64,000 nucleotides of DNA from an uncultured Candidatus Saccharibacteria bacterium. GTDB lineage: Bacteria; Patescibacteriota; Minisyncoccia; Phycocordibacterales; DATDWN01. The position numbers were made by a program, and so were the translations under genes. Shown here one piece after another: positions 62,307 through 64,000 of the stretch (its first letter is position 1; every line of letters begins with the position of its first letter). The notes under the pieces are model-generated. The model had not been told where the DNA came from. It made no database searches and was given only the letters and a program-made list of their open reading frames with translations. Location of the stretch: the NCBI GenBank assembly GCA_964507615.1, contig CAZDPS010000002.1, forward strand, positions 392 through 64,391, given 5' to 3'.

Positions 62307-62666
62307 ATGTTTGAACTCATTGAAAGATTAAGAAATAAATCAGATCGTACTAAAAAACAAGTGGCTTTTTTTGTTTCTATTTTTATTGCGGGAATGATTT
62401 TTATAGTTTGGTTATCTGTTATCTATCCAGATTTTAGAAAAAGGCAGAAAAAAAATGATGAGGTGTCAAATCTAGAACCAAGTCCATTGGGAACTATAAC
62501 AGAAACGTTTGTAACTGCTTTCTCAGCTATTGGTGAACAGTTTGCTGATTTAAAAGAGTCAGTCTCATACATTACGACAAGTCCAGCGTACTATAGTACG
62601 ACTAGCACGACAACCAGTGAGGTGGTTGTGTCTACCACAACACCAGAAATAACTCCTAGTTTTTAG
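62307..62666 (+). CDS. small membrane protein with Thr/Ser-rich tail (hypothetical)
   Basis: 119-aa ORF. One TM (VAFFVSIFIAGMIFIVWLSVI). Confidence 0.5.
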   Translation: MFELIERLRNKSDRTKKQVAFFVSIFIAGMIFIVWLSVIYPDFRKRQKKNDEVSNLEPSPLGTITETFVTAFSAIGEQFADLKESVSYITTSPAYYSTTSTTTSEVVVSTTTPEITPSF

Positions 62667-62713
62667 AAGAATTGTTTGTATGCAAAACTAGTGATTTTTG
62701 GTCCAAATCAGCT

Positions 62714-62742
62714 TTGAAAATCAGGATAGCTTGTGCTATAAT
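62714..62742 (+). promoter_or_regulatory. near-consensus promoter TTGAAA-17-(TGc)TATAAT upstream of gyrA
   Basis: -35 at 62714-62719, extended -10 at 62734-62742. Confidence 0.6.
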
Positions 62743-62767
62743 AAAAAGGCTTATTTTTATTTATGTT

Positions 62768-62841
62768 CGGTAGTAGAAGCTCCCATTGTGCCAAAGGCAC
62801 ATAAAAAATGGGGGCTTCACTACCGGGGCTATCCCGTAGTG
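62768..62841 (+). promoter_or_regulatory. GC-enriched structured element in the ~200-nt gyrA leader
   Basis: CGGTAGT-A-GAAGC...GCTTC-ACTACCG helix enclosing TGTGCC-aaa-GGCACA. ACTACCGGG can alternatively pair with CCCGTAGT (62833-62840). Confidence 0.4.
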
Positions 62842-62956
62842 AAAATTACGTCAAATAAGTTCAATATGTACAGAAACACACACAGGTCGGCATTATCAAT
62901 AGTTAACCTCGAAATGATACTTAGCTCTTTGAGCTATGTCATTTTATACTAGCTGG

Positions 62957-64000
62957 ATGCCTAAAAAAAACGCAGACGAACCAAAAGTACCTGAAAGATT
63001 AAGTATTATCTCCCAGGAAATAGTGGACGAGATGAAAACCTCGTTTATTGATTATGCTATGTCTGTTATCACAGATAGAGCTCTTCCTGATGTTAGAGAC
63101 GGTTTGAAACCTGTTCATCGCAGAGTTCTATTTGCCATGAATGAACTCGGATTAACATCTGGAGCAAAGACTAGAAAATCAGCAGCGGTTGTTGGAGAGG
63201 TGCTTGGAAACTATCACCCACACGGCGATGTTGCTGTGTATGACTCGATGGTTAAAATGGCCCAGGACTTTACCATGCGCTATCCTCTTGTATTGGGTCA
63301 AGGAAACTTCGGCTCTATAGACGGTGACTCTCCTGCGGCCATGAGATATACCGAAGCAAAAATGACCAAACTGTCTTCCGAGCTTTTACGTGATATAGAA
63401 AAAGAAACAGTGGATTTTATTCCAAACTACGATGGCACAAAAAAAGAACCAAAAGTTTTACCGACAACAGTACCAGCACTTCTTTTGAACGGTACGTTGG
63501 GTATTGCGGTGGGTATGGCAACGAATATTCCTCCACATAACTTGCGAGAGGTGATGGATGCAGTTTCTTATCTGGTGGATAACAAAGATGCTACCACAGA
63601 AGATTTACTCCAATTTGTTAAAGGTCCAGATTTTCCAATTGGAGGTATTGCTTTTAACCAAAAAGATATAGCGCATGCTTACGCGAATGGTAAGGGTGGG
63701 GTTGTTACTCGTGGTGAAGCAGAAATAGTAGAAAACAAAGCCGGACAATTCCAGATTATAATTACATCTATTCCATTTAGAGTAAACAAAGCAAATTTAA
63801 TTACAAAAATTGCAGAACTTGTCCGTGATAAGAAACTGGATGGTGTAAAAGCTATGCGAGACGAATCAGCAAAAGATATTCGTATTGCCATTGATTTAAA
63901 GGGAACATCACATCCACAAACAGTACTCAATTATATATACAAACACACACAACTAGAAGAAGCATTTCATTACAACATGGTAGCTCTGGTAGATGGTGTT
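62957..64000 (+). CDS. gyrA: DNA gyrase subunit A, 5' part (runs off the window)
   Basis: Own translation from ATG 62957: MPKKNADEP...[31 protein letters not shown]...HPHGD...GNFGS. Not in the ORF track because there is no stop in the window. Confidence 0.95.
   Translation, partial: MPKKNADEPKVPERLSIISQEIVDEMKTSFIDYAMSVITDRALPDVRDGLKPVHRRVLFAMNELGLTSGAKTRKSAAVVGEVLGNYHPHGDVAVYDSMVKMAQDFTMRYPLVLGQGNFGSIDGDSPAAMRYTEAKMTKLSSELLRDIEKETVDFIPNYDGTKKEPKVLPTTVPALLLNGTLGIAVGMATNIPPHNLREVMDAVSYLVDNKDATTEDLLQFVKGPDFPIGGIAFNQKDIAHAYANGKGGVVTRGEAEIVENKAGQFQIIITSIPFRVNKANLITKIAELVRDKKLDGVKAMRDESAKDIRIAIDLKGTSHPQTVLNYIYKHTQLEEAFHYNMVALVDGV

Noticed and set aside
1-64000. CRISPR arrays, rRNA genes, transposases, integrases, prophage modules
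   Set aside because: No regularly spaced direct repeats, no rRNA signature sequences and no ORF with recombinase, transposase or capsid-like motifs were found on either strand.

Overview
AT-rich bacterial chromosome segment. Hand-counted 60-nt lines in native genes give 32-37% GC, against 60% in one anomalous island. Compact housekeeping enzymes, weak or absent Shine-Dalgarno sequences, many glycosyltransferases and one giant surface protein resemble a reduced Patescibacteria/CPR-type genome; this is an inference, and no search was possible. Layout: (1) 1-800, a GC-rich islet and an unusual tRNA-Ile locus. (2) 0.9-5.3 kb: C-domain-less pyruvate kinase, a GH-like protein and an orphan VirD4/TraD-like ATPase. 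(3) 5.3-31.3 kb, a ~26 kb surface-glycan cluster: about 7 GT4-type glycosyltransferases, 2 Dpm1/GtrB-like GT2, GtrA, 2 GT-C-like membrane proteins, a C-methyltransferase, a ketoisomerase-like cupin, an aminotransferase, a 3-dehydratase-like enzyme, an SDR, a Wzx flippase and a Wzy_C/TPR protein. A GC-rich Dabb + HD operon interrupts it. (4) 31.3-32.0 kb, an intergenic region with candidate small transcription units. (5) 32-43 kb: secA, misc hydrolases, a DsbB/Trx module, tRNA-Arg, tRNA-Phe, Hsp20, PrsW and valS. (6) 43.3-49.3 kb, a ~2000-aa repeat-built surface protein. (7) 49.4-64 kb: tsaD, tRNA-Glu, tRNA-Val, trxB, ftsZ, ftsA, ybeY, rpsU, a HisRS-like protein, lepB, pth, S1, an MBL hydrolase and the gyrA 5' part. 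The most unusual signal is a set of at least five small GC-rich micro-islands. Each has its own promoter or SD and a GC hairpin terminator. Two have short upstream ORFs, one carries a ~185-nt promoter-to-terminator sRNA unit, one is a ~300-nt non-coding structured block, and two sit next to tRNA genes with partial tRNA duplications. No CRISPR array, rRNA, transposase or integrase gene was seen. All function calls come from motif recognition by eye; none was verified by a search.
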